Assembly (NCBI GenBank): GCA_964393375.1
Contig: CAYMTM010000003.1
Coordinates: 1 to 53,854 of the forward strand
DNA length: 53,854 nt
From: an uncultured Rhodospirillaceae bacterium
GTDB taxonomy: Bacteria; Pseudomonadota; Alphaproteobacteria; JAEULC01
Direction of reading: 5' to 3'
Under the pieces are notes generated by a model. It saw only the letters and a program-made list of their open reading frames with translations, ran no database searches and was not told where the DNA came from. The position numbers were made by a program, and so were the translations under genes. Below are positions 44,192 through 53,854 of the stretch, in pieces (the stretch's first letter is position 1; every line of letters begins with the position of its first letter).

Positions 44192-45811
44192 TCATGCGGC
44201 GAGCTCGCCCTTCAACCCGCGCTCGATCAGCCTGATGGTTTCGTCGCGCCCGTAGAGCGCCACGAAGGACCCGAAGCGCGGACCCTGGCTCTGGCCGAGC
44301 AGGATCTCGTAGAGCGCCTGGAACCACTGGCGCAGCTGCTCCTTGGCGAAGTGGCGCTTGCCGACCTCGAACACCTCGTTCTGGTACACATCGGCCGCCG
44401 CGCCCGCCGGCAGCTTGGCCAGCGTGTCCGACAGGTCGCGCAGTGCCGTGCGCTCCGCCTCGCCCGGCATGCGGAATTTGCGCGTCGGCTTCACGAAGTC
44501 GCGGTAGTAGGCGATGGCGCGCTCGACCATCGTGTCGAGCAGCGGGTCGTTGGCCGGCGAGGCTTCCGGCGCGTAGCGCTGGATGAAGCCCCACAGCACC
44601 GATTTGTCCTCGGCATTCACCACGCTGGCGAGATTGAGCAGGATGCCGAAGGTCAGGTGGGCGCGGCCGCCCGGCGCCGGCGGGGGCCGGCCATTGTGGA
44701 TGTGCCAGACCGGGTTCTCAAGGCGCTGCGCCGGGTCCTGGGCCGGGAACGCCTCAAGCTGCTGCACGTAGTCGTCGACCGCGCGCGGGATGACGTCGAA
44801 GTAGAGCCGCTTGGCGGCCTTGGGTTTCTGGAACATGAACAGCGCCAGGCTCTCCCACGGCGCGTATTTCAGCCAGTCCTCCACGGACAGCCCGTTGCCC
44901 TTGGATTTGGAGATCTTCTGCCCCTGCTCGTCGAGGAACAGCTCGTAGGTCAGGTTCAGCGGCGGCCGGCCGCCGATGGCGCGCGCGATCTTCGATCCCA
45001 GCTCGACCGACGAGATGAGATCCTTGCCCGACATCTCGTAGTCGACGTCCAGCGCCACCCAGCGCATCGGCCAGTCCGCGCGCCACTGAAGCTTGCACTG
45101 CCCGCCGGTGACGGGATGCTCGAACCGGCCCTCGACCTCGTCCTTGAAGACGATCGTGCCGGCGTCGGGCCTGAACTCGACCGCCGGCACCTCCAGCACC
45201 TGCTTGCGCCCGTCGCGTTCGCGGATCGGCAGGAACGGACAATAGGTGGCGCGCCGCTCCGGCCCCAGCGTCGGCAGCACGACGTCCATCACCTCCCGGC
45301 AGTGTCGCAGCACCTGCAGCAGCGTCTTGTCGAACCGGCCGCTCCGGTACCAGTCGGTCGCACTCTGGAATTCGTACTCGAAGCCGAATGCATCGAGGAA
45401 CGCGCGCAGCCGCGCGTTGTTGTGGTGCCCGAAACTCTCATGCGTGCCGAAGGGGTCGGGGATCGCGGTCAAGGGCGTGCCGAAGCTGCTCACCTTGTCG
45501 CCGACATATTTCGCCAGCATCTCCTGGTTCGGCACGTTGTCCGGCACCTTGCGCAGCCCGTCCATGTCGTCGGAGAAGGCGAACAGGCGGGTGGGAATGT
45601 CCGACAGGCGCTCGAAGGCCCGGCGCACCATGGTGGTGCGCACCACCTCGCCGAAGGTGCCGATATGCGGCAGGCCCGACGGCCCGTAGCCGGTTTCGAA
45701 CAGCACGTAGCCCTTGGCCGGCGCCTTGTCCTGGACGCGCTCCAGCAGCCTGCGTGCCTCCTCGAAGGGCCAGGCGCGGGCCTTCTGCGCCAATTCGCTT
45801 CCGCCGGACAT
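44192..45811 (-). CDS. lysK: class I lysine--tRNA ligase
   Basis: 539 aa. [16 protein letters not shown] (HIGH-type) and KISKSKGNG (KMSKS-type) motifs, length typical of class I LysRS. Confidence 0.95.
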   Translation of the reverse strand: MSGGSELAQKARAWPFEEARRLLERVQDKAPAKGYVLFETGYGPSGLPHIGTFGEVVRTTMVRRAFERLSDIPTRLFAFSDDMDGLRKVPDNVPNQEMLAKYVGDKVSSFGTPLTAIPDPFGTHESFGHHNNARLRAFLDAFGFEYEFQSATDWYRSGRFDKTLLQVLRHCREVMDVVLPTLGPERRATYCPFLPIRERDGRKQVLEVPAVEFRPDAGTIVFKDEVEGRFEHPVTGGQCKLQWRADWPMRWVALDVDYEMSGKDLISSVELGSKIARAIGGRPPLNLTYELFLDEQGQKISKSKGNGLSVEDWLKYAPWESLALFMFQKPKAAKRLYFDVIPRAVDDYVQQLEAFPAQDPAQRLENPVWHIHNGRPPPAPGGRAHLTFGILLNLASVVNAEDKSVLWGFIQRYAPEASPANDPLLDTMVERAIAYYRDFVKPTRKFRMPGEAERTALRDLSDTLAKLPAGAAADVYQNEVFEVGKRHFAKEQLRQWFQALYEILLGQSQGPRFGSFVALYGRDETIRLIERGLKGELAA

Positions 45812-45871
45812 GGAAGATTTCGCGCGGTTCTGCCGATGGGGCGGCCACCCTAGGGAGACGCCGGGGAGCCG

Positions 45872-46132
45872 TCAACCGCCGCCGGACGGCGGCGCGCGCT
45901 CGCGCGGGGGCGGATGATGGACCTCCGCGTCACGGCCGCGGCTGCTGACGAATACCAGCGCCATCAGCCCGACGCCCAAGGCCATGGACAGCACCACGCC
46001 CAGCACCAGCGCGATGACGCCGTTGACGCTCATATCGTCGAAGAAGCCGAAGGCCCAGGTCAGCAGCAGCATCAGCAGGATCGCCGCCGCGGTCAGCGCC
46101 AGCTCCAGCTTCAGGATGCGGGCGGTCGCCAT
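45872..46132 (-). CDS. small two-TM membrane protein
   Basis: 86-aa ORF with two hydrophobic helices. Confidence 0.45.
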   Translation of the reverse strand: MATARILKLELALTAAAILLMLLLTWAFGFFDDMSVNGVIALVLGVVLSMALGVGLMALVFVSSRGRDAEVHHPPPRERAPPSGGG

Positions 46133-46229
46133 GATGGTGGCGATGTGGCGATGCCGCGCCCCGATTCCAATGGCGCGGGGCGGTGGGTAATTTCGGCCCG
46201 CCGGGCCGCCGTCCGTCTATACTCCGTCC

Positions 46230-48977
46230 ATGTCCTCCCCCGTCGTCGTGCCGTTTCCGCGCACCTCACGGAAGCTGCGGGCGCCCGCCCTGGTCGCCGG
46301 CGCCAGCCGCGCCGGGTGGCTGACGGCCGACGGCGAGATCGAGACCGTCTCGACCGCCGACGCCGCGCGCCTGGCACGCGAGGGCAGGCCGCCGCTGGTC
46401 TGCCACCTGCCGGCCACGGCAAGGCGGCTCAAGATCGAGCCGTTCCCGGCCCTCGACCTGCTCGAACTGTTCGCCTTCGTGCGCCCGGCGCGGTTCTGCC
46501 CGCCCACGCCGCGCGGGCTGGCCCAGGTCCTGGGGCTGAAGGTGCCGGCGGGGCTCGAGGAGGCGGCCGGGCTGCTGCCGCGCGCCGCCGAGGCCCTGCT
46601 GGGCGAACTCGCGCAGGACGAGGCGCGCCAGCGCACGGACGCGGTGCCGATCGCGCTGGTGATGCATCGCGGCGGCTGGTCCTGGGGACCGGCGGTGCTG
46701 GAAGCCCTGGGCGTCGATCCGGCCGAGCAGAAGATCACCGCGCCCGGCGCGGCGCTGATGGTCTGGCTGCGCCTGGGCGAGTGGTCCGAGCACGCGCCCG
46801 AGCCCGCGCCCGGCCATGTACCGGTCGAGCCGGAGGAGGCGCGCCAGCGCCTGGCCAGGCTTCTGGGCGACGACGCGGAGCCCCGCCCGCAGCAGGGAGA
46901 CTATGCCTCGGCGCTGACCGCCGCCTTCGGCCCCCGCGAGCGCGAGGGCGAACCCGCCATGGTGCTGGCCGAGGCCGGGACCGGCGTCGGCAAGACGCTC
47001 GGCTATATCGCGCCGGCGAGCCTGTGGGCCGAGAAGAACCAGGGCGCGGTCTGGCTCAGCACCTATACCCGCAACCTGCAGCACCAGATCGACGAGGAGC
47101 TGGACCGCCTATACCCCGACCCGGTCGAGAAGACGCTGCGCGTGGTGCTGCGCAAGGGGCGCGAGAACTATCTCTGTCTGCTGAATTTCGAGGACGCGGT
47201 GCGCGGCATCGCCACGCGCCCGCGCGACGCGGTGGCGCTGGGGCTGATGGCGCGCTGGGCGGCGCGCTCGCGCGACGGCGACATGGTGGGCGGCGACTTC
47301 CCGTCCTGGCTGGGCGACGTGGTCGGACGCGGGCGGAGCTTCAACCTCACCGACCGGCGCGGGGAATGCGTCTATTCGGCCTGCCCGCACTACCACAAAT
47401 GCTTCGTCGAGAAGTCGATCCGCCGCGCCCGGCGCGCGCGGCTGGTGGTGGCGAACCACGCGCTGGTGCTGACCGAGGCGGCGCGGGCGGGCGACGAGGG
47501 CCGCCTGCCGACGCGCATCGTGTTCGACGAGGGCCACCACCTGTTCGACGCCGCCGACAACGCCTTTTCCGCCGCGCTGACCGGCCAGGAGACGGCCGAG
47601 CTGCGCCGCTGGCTGCTGGGCGCGGAAGGCAGATCCAGCCGCGCGCGCGGGCTCAAGCGGCGGCTGGAGGACCTGCTCGACCCCGAAAGCGCCGGCGCGA
47701 TCGACGCGGTACAGGCCGCGGCGCGCGCCTTGCCGGGCGAGGGCTGGGGCAACCGGCTTGCCGACGACCAGCCGCACGGGCCGACGGAGAAGTTCCTGGC
47801 GCTGGTCCGCCAGCAGGTGCGCGCGCGCGCGGAAGGCCTGGGCGGGGCGCAGGCGCTGGAGACGGACACCACCGCGCCTGTCCCGGGCTTGCTGGCGGCG
47901 GGCCATGTCCTCGACCAGCACTTGCAGCGCATCGTCGAGCCGCTGGCGGTGCTGCGGGCGAACCTGCTCAGCCGGCTGGACGACGAGGCCGCGGAGCTCG
48001 ACAGCAACACGCGCCTCAGGATCGAGGCGATGGCGCGCGGGATCGAGCGGCGCGGCGAAGGCGCCTGCAAGGCCTGGCAGGGCATGCTGCGCGCGCTCAA
48101 AGCGGGCACGCCGCCTGAATTCGTCGACTGGCTGTCGATCGACCGCAGCGAGGGGCGCGATATCGACGTGGGCATGCATCGCCACTGGATCGACCCGATG
48201 GTGCCGTTCACCAGGGTTTCGGCCGAGCGGGCGCACGGCCTGGCGGTGACTTCGGCGACGCTGACGGACGGATCGGGCGACGTGGAGGCGGACTGGGCGG
48301 CGGCGGAGGCGCGCACCGGCGCGCGCCATCTGCCCAGGCCCGCGATCCGCGCCGCGGTGCCCTCGCCCTTCGACTATCCGCGCCTTACGCGCGTGTTCAT
48401 CGTCACCGACGTGAAGAAGGACGACATGGCGCAGATCGCCGCGGCCTATCGCGAGCTGTTCCTGGCGTCGGGCGGCGGCGCCTTGGGCCTGTTCACCGCG
48501 ATCTCGCGCCTGCGCGCCGCGCACAAGCTGCTGGCGGCCCCCATCGAGGCGGCGGGTCTGCCGCTCTACGCCCAGCACGTCGACGGCATGGACGTGGCGA
48601 CGCTGGTGGGAATTCTGCGCGCGGAGGGCGACGCCTGCCTGCTCGGCACCGACGCGGTGCGCGACGGCGTGGACGTGCCGGGCCGGGCGCTGCGCCTGAT
48701 CGTCTTCGACCGCGTGCCCTGGCCCAGGCCGGACCTGCTGCACAAGGCGCGGCGCAACGCCTTCGGCGGGCGGGCCTACGACGACATGATCACGCGCCTC
48801 AGGTTGAAGCAGGCTTTCGGGCGCCTCATCCGCCGCGCCGACGATATCGGCGTGTTCGTGCTGCTCGACCGCATGATGCCCACGCGCCTGTTCGGCGCCT
48901 TCCCCCCGGGCGTCGAGCCGCGCCGCTGCGGCCTGGCCGAAGCAGTGGCGGAGACCAGGGCGTTTTTGCATCCTTGA
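46230..48977 (+). CDS. DinG/Rad3-family ATP-dependent DNA helicase
   Basis: 915 aa. AEAGTGVGKTLGY (Walker A), a four-Cys region (YLCLL…ECVYSACPHYHKC), VFDEGHH (DEAH-type) and C-terminal helicase motifs. Confidence 0.9.
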   Translation: MSSPVVVPFPRTSRKLRAPALVAGASRAGWLTADGEIETVSTADAARLAREGRPPLVCHLPATARRLKIEPFPALDLLELFAFVRPARFCPPTPRGLAQVLGLKVPAGLEEAAGLLPRAAEALLGELAQDEARQRTDAVPIALVMHRGGWSWGPAVLEALGVDPAEQKITAPGAALMVWLRLGEWSEHAPEPAPGHVPVEPEEARQRLARLLGDDAEPRPQQGDYASALTAAFGPREREGEPAMVLAEAGTGVGKTLGYIAPASLWAEKNQGAVWLSTYTRNLQHQIDEELDRLYPDPVEKTLRVVLRKGRENYLCLLNFEDAVRGIATRPRDAVALGLMARWAARSRDGDMVGGDFPSWLGDVVGRGRSFNLTDRRGECVYSACPHYHKCFVEKSIRRARRARLVVANHALVLTEAARAGDEGRLPTRIVFDEGHHLFDAADNAFSAALTGQETAELRRWLLGAEGRSSRARGLKRRLEDLLDPESAGAIDAVQAAARALPGEGWGNRLADDQPHGPTEKFLALVRQQVRARAEGLGGAQALETDTTAPVPGLLAAGHVLDQHLQRIVEPLAVLRANLLSRLDDEAAELDSNTRLRIEAMARGIERRGEGACKAWQGMLRALKAGTPPEFVDWLSIDRSEGRDIDVGMHRHWIDPMVPFTRVSAERAHGLAVTSATLTDGSGDVEADWAAAEARTGARHLPRPAIRAAVPSPFDYPRLTRVFIVTDVKKDDMAQIAAAYRELFLASGGGALGLFTAISRLRAAHKLLAAPIEAAGLPLYAQHVDGMDVATLVGILRAEGDACLLGTDAVRDGVDVPGRALRLIVFDRVPWPRPDLLHKARRNAFGGRAYDDMITRLRLKQAFGRLIRRADDIGVFVLLDRMMPTRLFGAFPPGVEPRRCGLAEAVAETRAFLHP

Positions 48978-50110
48978 GCACCGCGCTGCCGATATCCGTG
49001 ACTGTCGAGCAGGTGCGCGCCTTCCGCTTGGCGCGGCAGCACCTGCTTGCGCCCGCGTCCGACGTCGTCACGGCGGCCTCGCGCCTGTTGGGCGCGCAGG
49101 CCCAGGTGCAGTCGGCCGGGGTGCTGCAATTGCGCGCCCGCTGCCCGTCCGTCACCAGCGATGAGGTCCGCAAGGCGCTGTTCGAGACGCGCCGTCTCGT
49201 CAAGCTGTGGACCCAGCGCGGCACGCTGCACATCGTGGCGACCCAGGACCTGCCCGCGATCCTGGCGCTGCGCGACGCGCGCATGCCCGCGCGGCTCAGG
49301 CTGTACGAGACCCAGGGCCTGCCGGCCAGGAAAATGCAGGCGCTCGGGGCGGCGATCTCCGAGGCCATTGGCGACGGGCATCTCAGCCGGCGGCAGATCG
49401 CCGACCGCGTATGCCCGCGGGTCGGCGCCTGGGCCCGCGCGTGGGTGGAGGAAAGCTGGGGCGGGGTGCTGAAGAACGTCAGCGAGCCCGGCTATCTATG
49501 CCACGGTCCGGCCGCTGCGACCGTGGGCACCTTCCGGCGTCTCGACCGCTGGGTGCCGACCGACCGGCTGGCGGTGGAGGAGGGGCTCTGCCGGTTCCTC
49601 GACCTCTACCTGGAGGGCTACGGCCCGGCCACGGAGCGGGACTTCGCCCGCTTCAGCGGCCTGCCCGTCACGGCGGCGCGTGCGGTCTTCGCCCGCGCGC
49701 GCAGGAACCTGGTCCGCGTCACCGTGGGCGGCGACGACGCCTGGGCGCGCAGGGCGGACGAGGACGCGCTGCGCCGCGCGGCGATGCCGGACGACCGCCT
49801 GGTCGTGCTGCCGGCGTTCGATCCCTATCTGCTGGCCCATGCCGACACGGCGCAGTACGTGGCGGAGAAGCATCGCCGGCTGGTTTCGCGCCAGTCCGGC
49901 TGGATTTCCCCGGTCATCCTCCGGCGCGGCGAGGTCATCGGCGTGTGGTTCCACCGCGACCGGGCGTCGGGGCCGGAGATCACCGTCCGTCCCTTCGGCC
50001 GCGCGGAAAAGGGCTTCAAGCGCCAGGTGAGAGAGGCCGCCCTTGGGCTGCTGGCCGGGCTCGACAGCCGGGACCGCGGCGAGGACGCCGCTGCGCCGGA
50101 ACCCGCCTGA
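48974..50110 (+). CDS. winged-helix DNA glycosylase-like protein, YcaQ/AlkZ family
   Basis: 378 aa. The N-terminal pattern QVRAFRLARQHL…LGAQAQ…LWTQRGTLH is typical of the family. The TTG start overlaps the helicase TGA (TTGA). Confidence 0.75.
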   Translation: MSTALPISVTVEQVRAFRLARQHLLAPASDVVTAASRLLGAQAQVQSAGVLQLRARCPSVTSDEVRKALFETRRLVKLWTQRGTLHIVATQDLPAILALRDARMPARLRLYETQGLPARKMQALGAAISEAIGDGHLSRRQIADRVCPRVGAWARAWVEESWGGVLKNVSEPGYLCHGPAAATVGTFRRLDRWVPTDRLAVEEGLCRFLDLYLEGYGPATERDFARFSGLPVTAARAVFARARRNLVRVTVGGDDAWARRADEDALRRAAMPDDRLVVLPAFDPYLLAHADTAQYVAEKHRRLVSRQSGWISPVILRRGEVIGVWFHRDRASGPEITVRPFGRAEKGFKRQVREAALGLLAGLDSRDRGEDAAAPEPA

Positions 50111-50228
50111 CACGACTACAGGCTTGTCCTGCCTGCGAAAACGGGCGCGAGCCATGCGCCGGGTGCGCTTGTGGCCGCTGGAGTGGGCCGGTAAGGTCGC
50201 CCAAATCTCGCGCCTGGGGAATCCCGCA

Positions 50229-51491
50229 ATGAGCAGCGCCGCCGACGTTCTATCGCCGCGCCCGATGCCGTCCAACGACGCCAGGGTGATCGCGCTGATC
50301 GGCTCGGCGCATTTCACCAGCCATTTCTTCCAGATGGTGATCCCGCCGCTGTTCCCGCTGCTGAAAACGGCGCTGGGCGTGAATTACACCGAGCTCGGCC
50401 TGTTGATGACCGTGTTCTACTCGGTTTCCGGCATCGGCCAGCCGATCGCCGGCTTCGCGGTCGACCGCTTCGGCGCGCGCAGCGTGTTGGTGGGCGGCAT
50501 CGCGCTCCTCGGCCTGTCGATGATCCTGATCGCCATGGCGCCGGCCTATTGGGTGGTGCTGCTGCTGATGGTGCCGGCGGGCATCGGCAACTGCGTGTTC
50601 CACCCCGCCGACTACTCGATCCTGTCGGCCTCGGTGTCGCCGGCGCGCATGGGCCGCGCCTTCGGCGCACACGCGCTGGGCGGCACGCTGGGCTGGGCAA
50701 TGGCGCCGATCGTGATGTGGAACCTCTCGCAGTTGGTCGACTGGCGCTTTGCGCTCAGCCTGGTGGGGGGGCTGGGCCTGTGCGTGGCGCTGATTGTGCG
50801 TGCGCAGCGCGGCATCCTGCGCGAGGACCGGGCGGCCGGCGCAGCCCATGGCCATGGCGCGGCGGGCGCGGCGCAGCCCGGGGGCGCTTCGGCCTTTACC
50901 TGGCGGGTCCTGGCGACGGTTCCGATCCTGATGTGCTTCGCCTATTTCCTGTTTCTCGCGGTCGCGGGCATCGCGCTGCAGAATTTTCTCGCCCCGGTCC
51001 TGGAGCTGCTGTACGGCACGCCGATCGCGGTCGGCACCAGCGCGCTGACGGCCTATCTGTTCGGCTCGGCCGGCGGCATCATCGTCGGCGGCTACCTGAG
51101 CGACCGCACGCACCGCCACGAGCTGCTGGTGGCCATGGGCCTGTGCGGCTCCGCATGCCTGATCGTGCTGGCCGGCCATGTCGCGTTCGCCGCCTTGGCG
51201 CTGAACGTGGTGCTTGCCGCGGCCGGGTTTTTGGCCGGCAACGCGTCGGCCGCGCGCGACATGCTGGTGCGCTCCGCCACGCCCAGGGGCGCCACCGGCA
51301 AGGTGTTCGGCTTCGTCTATTCCGGCCTCGACCTGGGCTCGACGGTGGCGCCGGCGATGGCGGGCTACCTGATCGACCACCACAACCCGGCGGCCGTGCT
51401 GTGGCTGGTGGCCTTGGGCCAGGTGCTCGCGGTCGCGACCGCCTTCGGCCTCAGGCGCCGCCCCGCGCGCATGCCCCAGCCGGCGGAGTAG
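50229..51491 (+). CDS. MFS transporter
   Basis: Start at MSSAADV within track ORF 50043..51491. 12 TM-like segments. Confidence 0.85.
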   Translation: MSSAADVLSPRPMPSNDARVIALIGSAHFTSHFFQMVIPPLFPLLKTALGVNYTELGLLMTVFYSVSGIGQPIAGFAVDRFGARSVLVGGIALLGLSMILIAMAPAYWVVLLLMVPAGIGNCVFHPADYSILSASVSPARMGRAFGAHALGGTLGWAMAPIVMWNLSQLVDWRFALSLVGGLGLCVALIVRAQRGILREDRAAGAAHGHGAAGAAQPGGASAFTWRVLATVPILMCFAYFLFLAVAGIALQNFLAPVLELLYGTPIAVGTSALTAYLFGSAGGIIVGGYLSDRTHRHELLVAMGLCGSACLIVLAGHVAFAALALNVVLAAAGFLAGNASAARDMLVRSATPRGATGKVFGFVYSGLDLGSTVAPAMAGYLIDHHNPAAVLWLVALGQVLAVATAFGLRRRPARMPQPAE

Positions 51492-51494
51492 CGT

Positions 51495-52439
51495 TCAGCC
51501 CACGCCCAGCCATACCAGCAGCGCCGAAACCGTGAGCACGGAGGCCACGGTCGACACCAGCACGATGGCCGTGGCGCGGCGGACATAGACTCCGTATTTC
51601 TGGCCGATCACGAACAAGGTCGTCCCGGCGGGCAGCGCGGCCAGGATCACTGCCGACTTGGCCCAGACCGGATCCATGGCCAGCGCATGGAACGCCAGCG
51701 CGTAGGTCACGGCCGGCTGCAGCAGCAACTTCAGCAGGCTGACCCAGGCGATCTCCTTCAAATCGCCGGCGATCGGCTTGCCGACAAGGAACAGGCCGAT
51801 GGCGAACAGGGCGCAGGGGCTCGCCGCCGCGCCGATCAAGGTGCAGAACGTGTCGAGCGCGGCGGGCAGGCGCGTCCCCATCAGCGACAAGGCGATGCCG
51901 GCGATCGGCGCAACGACGAGCGGATTGGTCAGAAACGCCTTCGCCACGTCGCCCAGCAGGGCCGTCGGCCGCTTGCCGCTGCCGCGGCCCAGGTCCAGTT
52001 CGACCAGAATCGTCGCCAACCCCACCACCACGCTGGCAGAGATGATAGTCGCCATGATCGCGGGCGGCGCGCCGGGCGGGCCGAAGGCCGTGAGGATCAG
52101 CGGGATGCCCATGTAGCCGGTGTTGCTGAAGATCGCCGAGAGCCCGTGCAGCGACAGGCAGGCCAGGCGGTCTGGAAACGCCTTGCGGGCGACGACAATC
52201 GCGAAGGCGAACGTCGCCGCAAGGCCTCCGCAATAGGCGAGCAGGAACGGCCCGTTGAACACCTGGGCCACCGGCGCCCTGACCATGGACCCGAACAGCA
52301 GCGGCGGCAGGGCCACGTAGTAGACGAAGCGGTTGAGCGCCTCGCTGGACGCCTCGCCCAGCAGGCCGATCCGCCCGGCGATCCAGCCACAGGCCATGAT
52401 GGCGAAGACGGGAAAGGCGACGTCGACGATCGCTTGCAT
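51495..52439 (-). CDS. AEC (auxin efflux carrier) family transporter
   Basis: Start at MQAIVDVAFPVF within track ORF 51495..52541. NTGYMGIPL motif. 314 aa. Confidence 0.85.
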   Translation of the reverse strand: MQAIVDVAFPVFAIMACGWIAGRIGLLGEASSEALNRFVYYVALPPLLFGSMVRAPVAQVFNGPFLLAYCGGLAATFAFAIVVARKAFPDRLACLSLHGLSAIFSNTGYMGIPLILTAFGPPGAPPAIMATIISASVVVGLATILVELDLGRGSGKRPTALLGDVAKAFLTNPLVVAPIAGIALSLMGTRLPAALDTFCTLIGAAASPCALFAIGLFLVGKPIAGDLKEIAWVSLLKLLLQPAVTYALAFHALAMDPVWAKSAVILAALPAGTTLFVIGQKYGVYVRRATAIVLVSTVASVLTVSALLVWLGVG

Positions 52440-52550
52440 GCCCTGCCTACTAAATCGGGCAGGGCGCGCCCTGTCGAGAGCAAATCCCTGCTTGCCCCCT
52501 TCGCATACGCCGTGGCAATAAGCCGGCACGCCGCAAGCCAAGGCGAATCC

Positions 52551-53768
52551 ATGGTCGATCCCTACTTCTGGAGCAACCAGCCGCTGACCCTCGCGCGGCT
52601 GCGCGACATCCTTGCCAAGCTTCGCGCGCGGGGCTGGGGCTGGGCGTGGCAGCGTTTCAAGAAGGAACTGCGCTATCCCGAGACGACCCAGGGCGTCGTC
52701 ATCAGGCGCGTCAACGTCATTCTTTACGGAAGCCTGCTGAACCTGCTGCTGCTCTTGCCGGCGCTCATGTTCCGGCTGGTCGGAACGAAGCGACGCACGC
52801 TGGCGCTATTCTACGACCTCGACATCGCCTCGCTGACCTTCGACATCGTCGACTACCTTATGCTGGCCGAGCTCGAGCGACGGCGGCTGGGGCTCGAGGC
52901 GGTGCATGTCGTGATCGTGCCCGGCCGGTCGGGCCTGCTGCGCCAGGAAGCGGCCCATTTCGACGCGGTGGTGAACTGGGACGCGCGATGGTGGCGGCTC
53001 TACAACCTGGTCATCCCCATGTTCGCGCTGTTTCCGACCGTCGCCGGCTACACGATCTGCTCGGATCGCCGGCACGGAACGCTCGTACGCCTGCTGTTCC
53101 CGCGCGCGGTACATCCACCCGGCTACTGGCCGGCCTTTCCGGTCGTACCGGTCAGGCGCCTTGTGTTCGGCGTGGCGCGCGAAGGCAAGCCCGTCTTCCC
53201 GGGCGTGACCGTCCCGGCCCAGGCCCTGAAATTCGTCGACGCGTGGCTGGCGGCGCGCATCGGCGGGCGCAAGCCCGTCGTGATCAGCCTGCGCCAGTAC
53301 GGCTATATGCCGAGCCGCAACAGCAACGTGTCGGCCTGGATCGCGTTCGCGCGCCGGCTCGACAAGGCCCGCTACGCGCCGGTCTTCGTGCAGGACGTCG
53401 CCGCCGCGATGGGGCCGACGCCGCCGGAGCTGGAGGAGTTCCTGGTGTTCCGCGAGGTGCCGTTCAACATGATGCTGAGGGCGGCGCTGTACGAACGCGC
53501 GTGGCTGAACATCTGCCAGGCGCATGGTCCGACCGAACTGATGTGGTACAACGAGCGCTGCCGCTACGCGATCTTCCTGACGGTGGGATCCTCGCCTGAA
53601 ACGGAACTCGAGGCCCTGCGCGGCTACGGGATCGAGCCGAACGAATCGCCGCCCTTCGCCACGAAGCTGCAGAAATGGATCTGGGACATGGACGATCTGC
53701 CGGTCATCGAGCGCGAGTTCGCGCTGATGGAAGCGGCGATCGAGCGGGCGGAAAGCGGGCGGGAGTGA
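52551..53768 (+). CDS. hypothetical protein (possibly glycosyltransferase-like; not recognised)
   Basis: Start at MVDPYFW within track ORF 51687..53768. The upstream part of that ORF is antisense shadow of the AEC gene. Confidence 0.55.
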   Translation: MVDPYFWSNQPLTLARLRDILAKLRARGWGWAWQRFKKELRYPETTQGVVIRRVNVILYGSLLNLLLLLPALMFRLVGTKRRTLALFYDLDIASLTFDIVDYLMLAELERRRLGLEAVHVVIVPGRSGLLRQEAAHFDAVVNWDARWWRLYNLVIPMFALFPTVAGYTICSDRRHGTLVRLLFPRAVHPPGYWPAFPVVPVRRLVFGVAREGKPVFPGVTVPAQALKFVDAWLAARIGGRKPVVISLRQYGYMPSRNSNVSAWIAFARRLDKARYAPVFVQDVAAAMGPTPPELEEFLVFREVPFNMMLRAALYERAWLNICQAHGPTELMWYNERCRYAIFLTVGSSPETELEALRGYGIEPNESPPFATKLQKWIWDMDDLPVIEREFALMEAAIERAESGRE

Positions 53769-53854
53769 GCGAGGGCGCGGCGAAGGTCGATGCCCTGGCG
53801 CGCACCGACGTCGCCGCGCTGCTGGACGAGGCCGTGGCGCTGGGCGGGCCGGGC
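53765..53854 (+). CDS. possible 5' end of a further CDS (runs off the window)
   Basis: GTG overlapping the previous TGA (GTGA), with an open frame to the window end. Confidence 0.2.
   Translation, partial: MSEGAAKVDALARTDVAALLDEAVALGGPG

Noticed and set aside
46133-46229. Inverted repeat GCCGCGCCCC…GGCGCGGGGCGG upstream of the helicase gene
   Set aside because: On checking, the two halves are largely mirror-like rather than complementary. Only about 4 bp can pair.

Overview
High-GC (by eye about two-thirds G+C) chromosomal segment with an alphaproteobacterial flavour: class I LysRS, DUF1127, Flp pilin, PF04392-type binding protein, PEP-CTERM tail. I can support about 60 CDS. Most are ordinary metabolism, transport and regulation: ppc, nrdA-nrdB, lysK, a DinG-like helicase translationally coupled to a YcaQ/AlkZ-like protein, a class III aminotransferase, three MFS and one AEC transporter, two LysR regulators, GST, nitroreductase, aldo/keto reductase, and a class II aldolase / citryl-CoA-lyase-like / PhyH operon. 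I recognised no rRNA, tRNA, CRISPR array, transposase or integrase. Most long ORFs in the track that lie antisense to or overlap these genes are Arg/Ala/Gly/Pro-rich shadow ORFs typical of high-GC DNA. Accessory content includes two paralogous Gp49/HigB-like toxin plus XRE antitoxin modules, one intact and packed behind an HNH endonuclease, the other with a frameshifted toxin. There is also an orphan HigA, an orphan Flp pilin, a DUF2726 protein, a run of very small genes in AT-richer DNA around 12.3-15.4 kb, and a triple-PAS adenylate cyclase broken by a 1-nt deletion inside a 381-bp tandem duplication. The most unusual item is at 9881-10869. An unlisted 39-codon secreted Cys-rich micropeptide is coupled by an ATGA overlap to a membrane-anchored 286-aa protein. 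The soluble part of that protein reminds me of bacterial gasdermin pore-forming domains, but no protease gene is nearby. This is an inference from memory of the family, not a computed match. Two perfect TGTGA-N6-TCACA palindromes, both intergenic, are a second signal worth checking. Coordinates of shortened CDS come from in-frame starts I located by hand within track ORFs.
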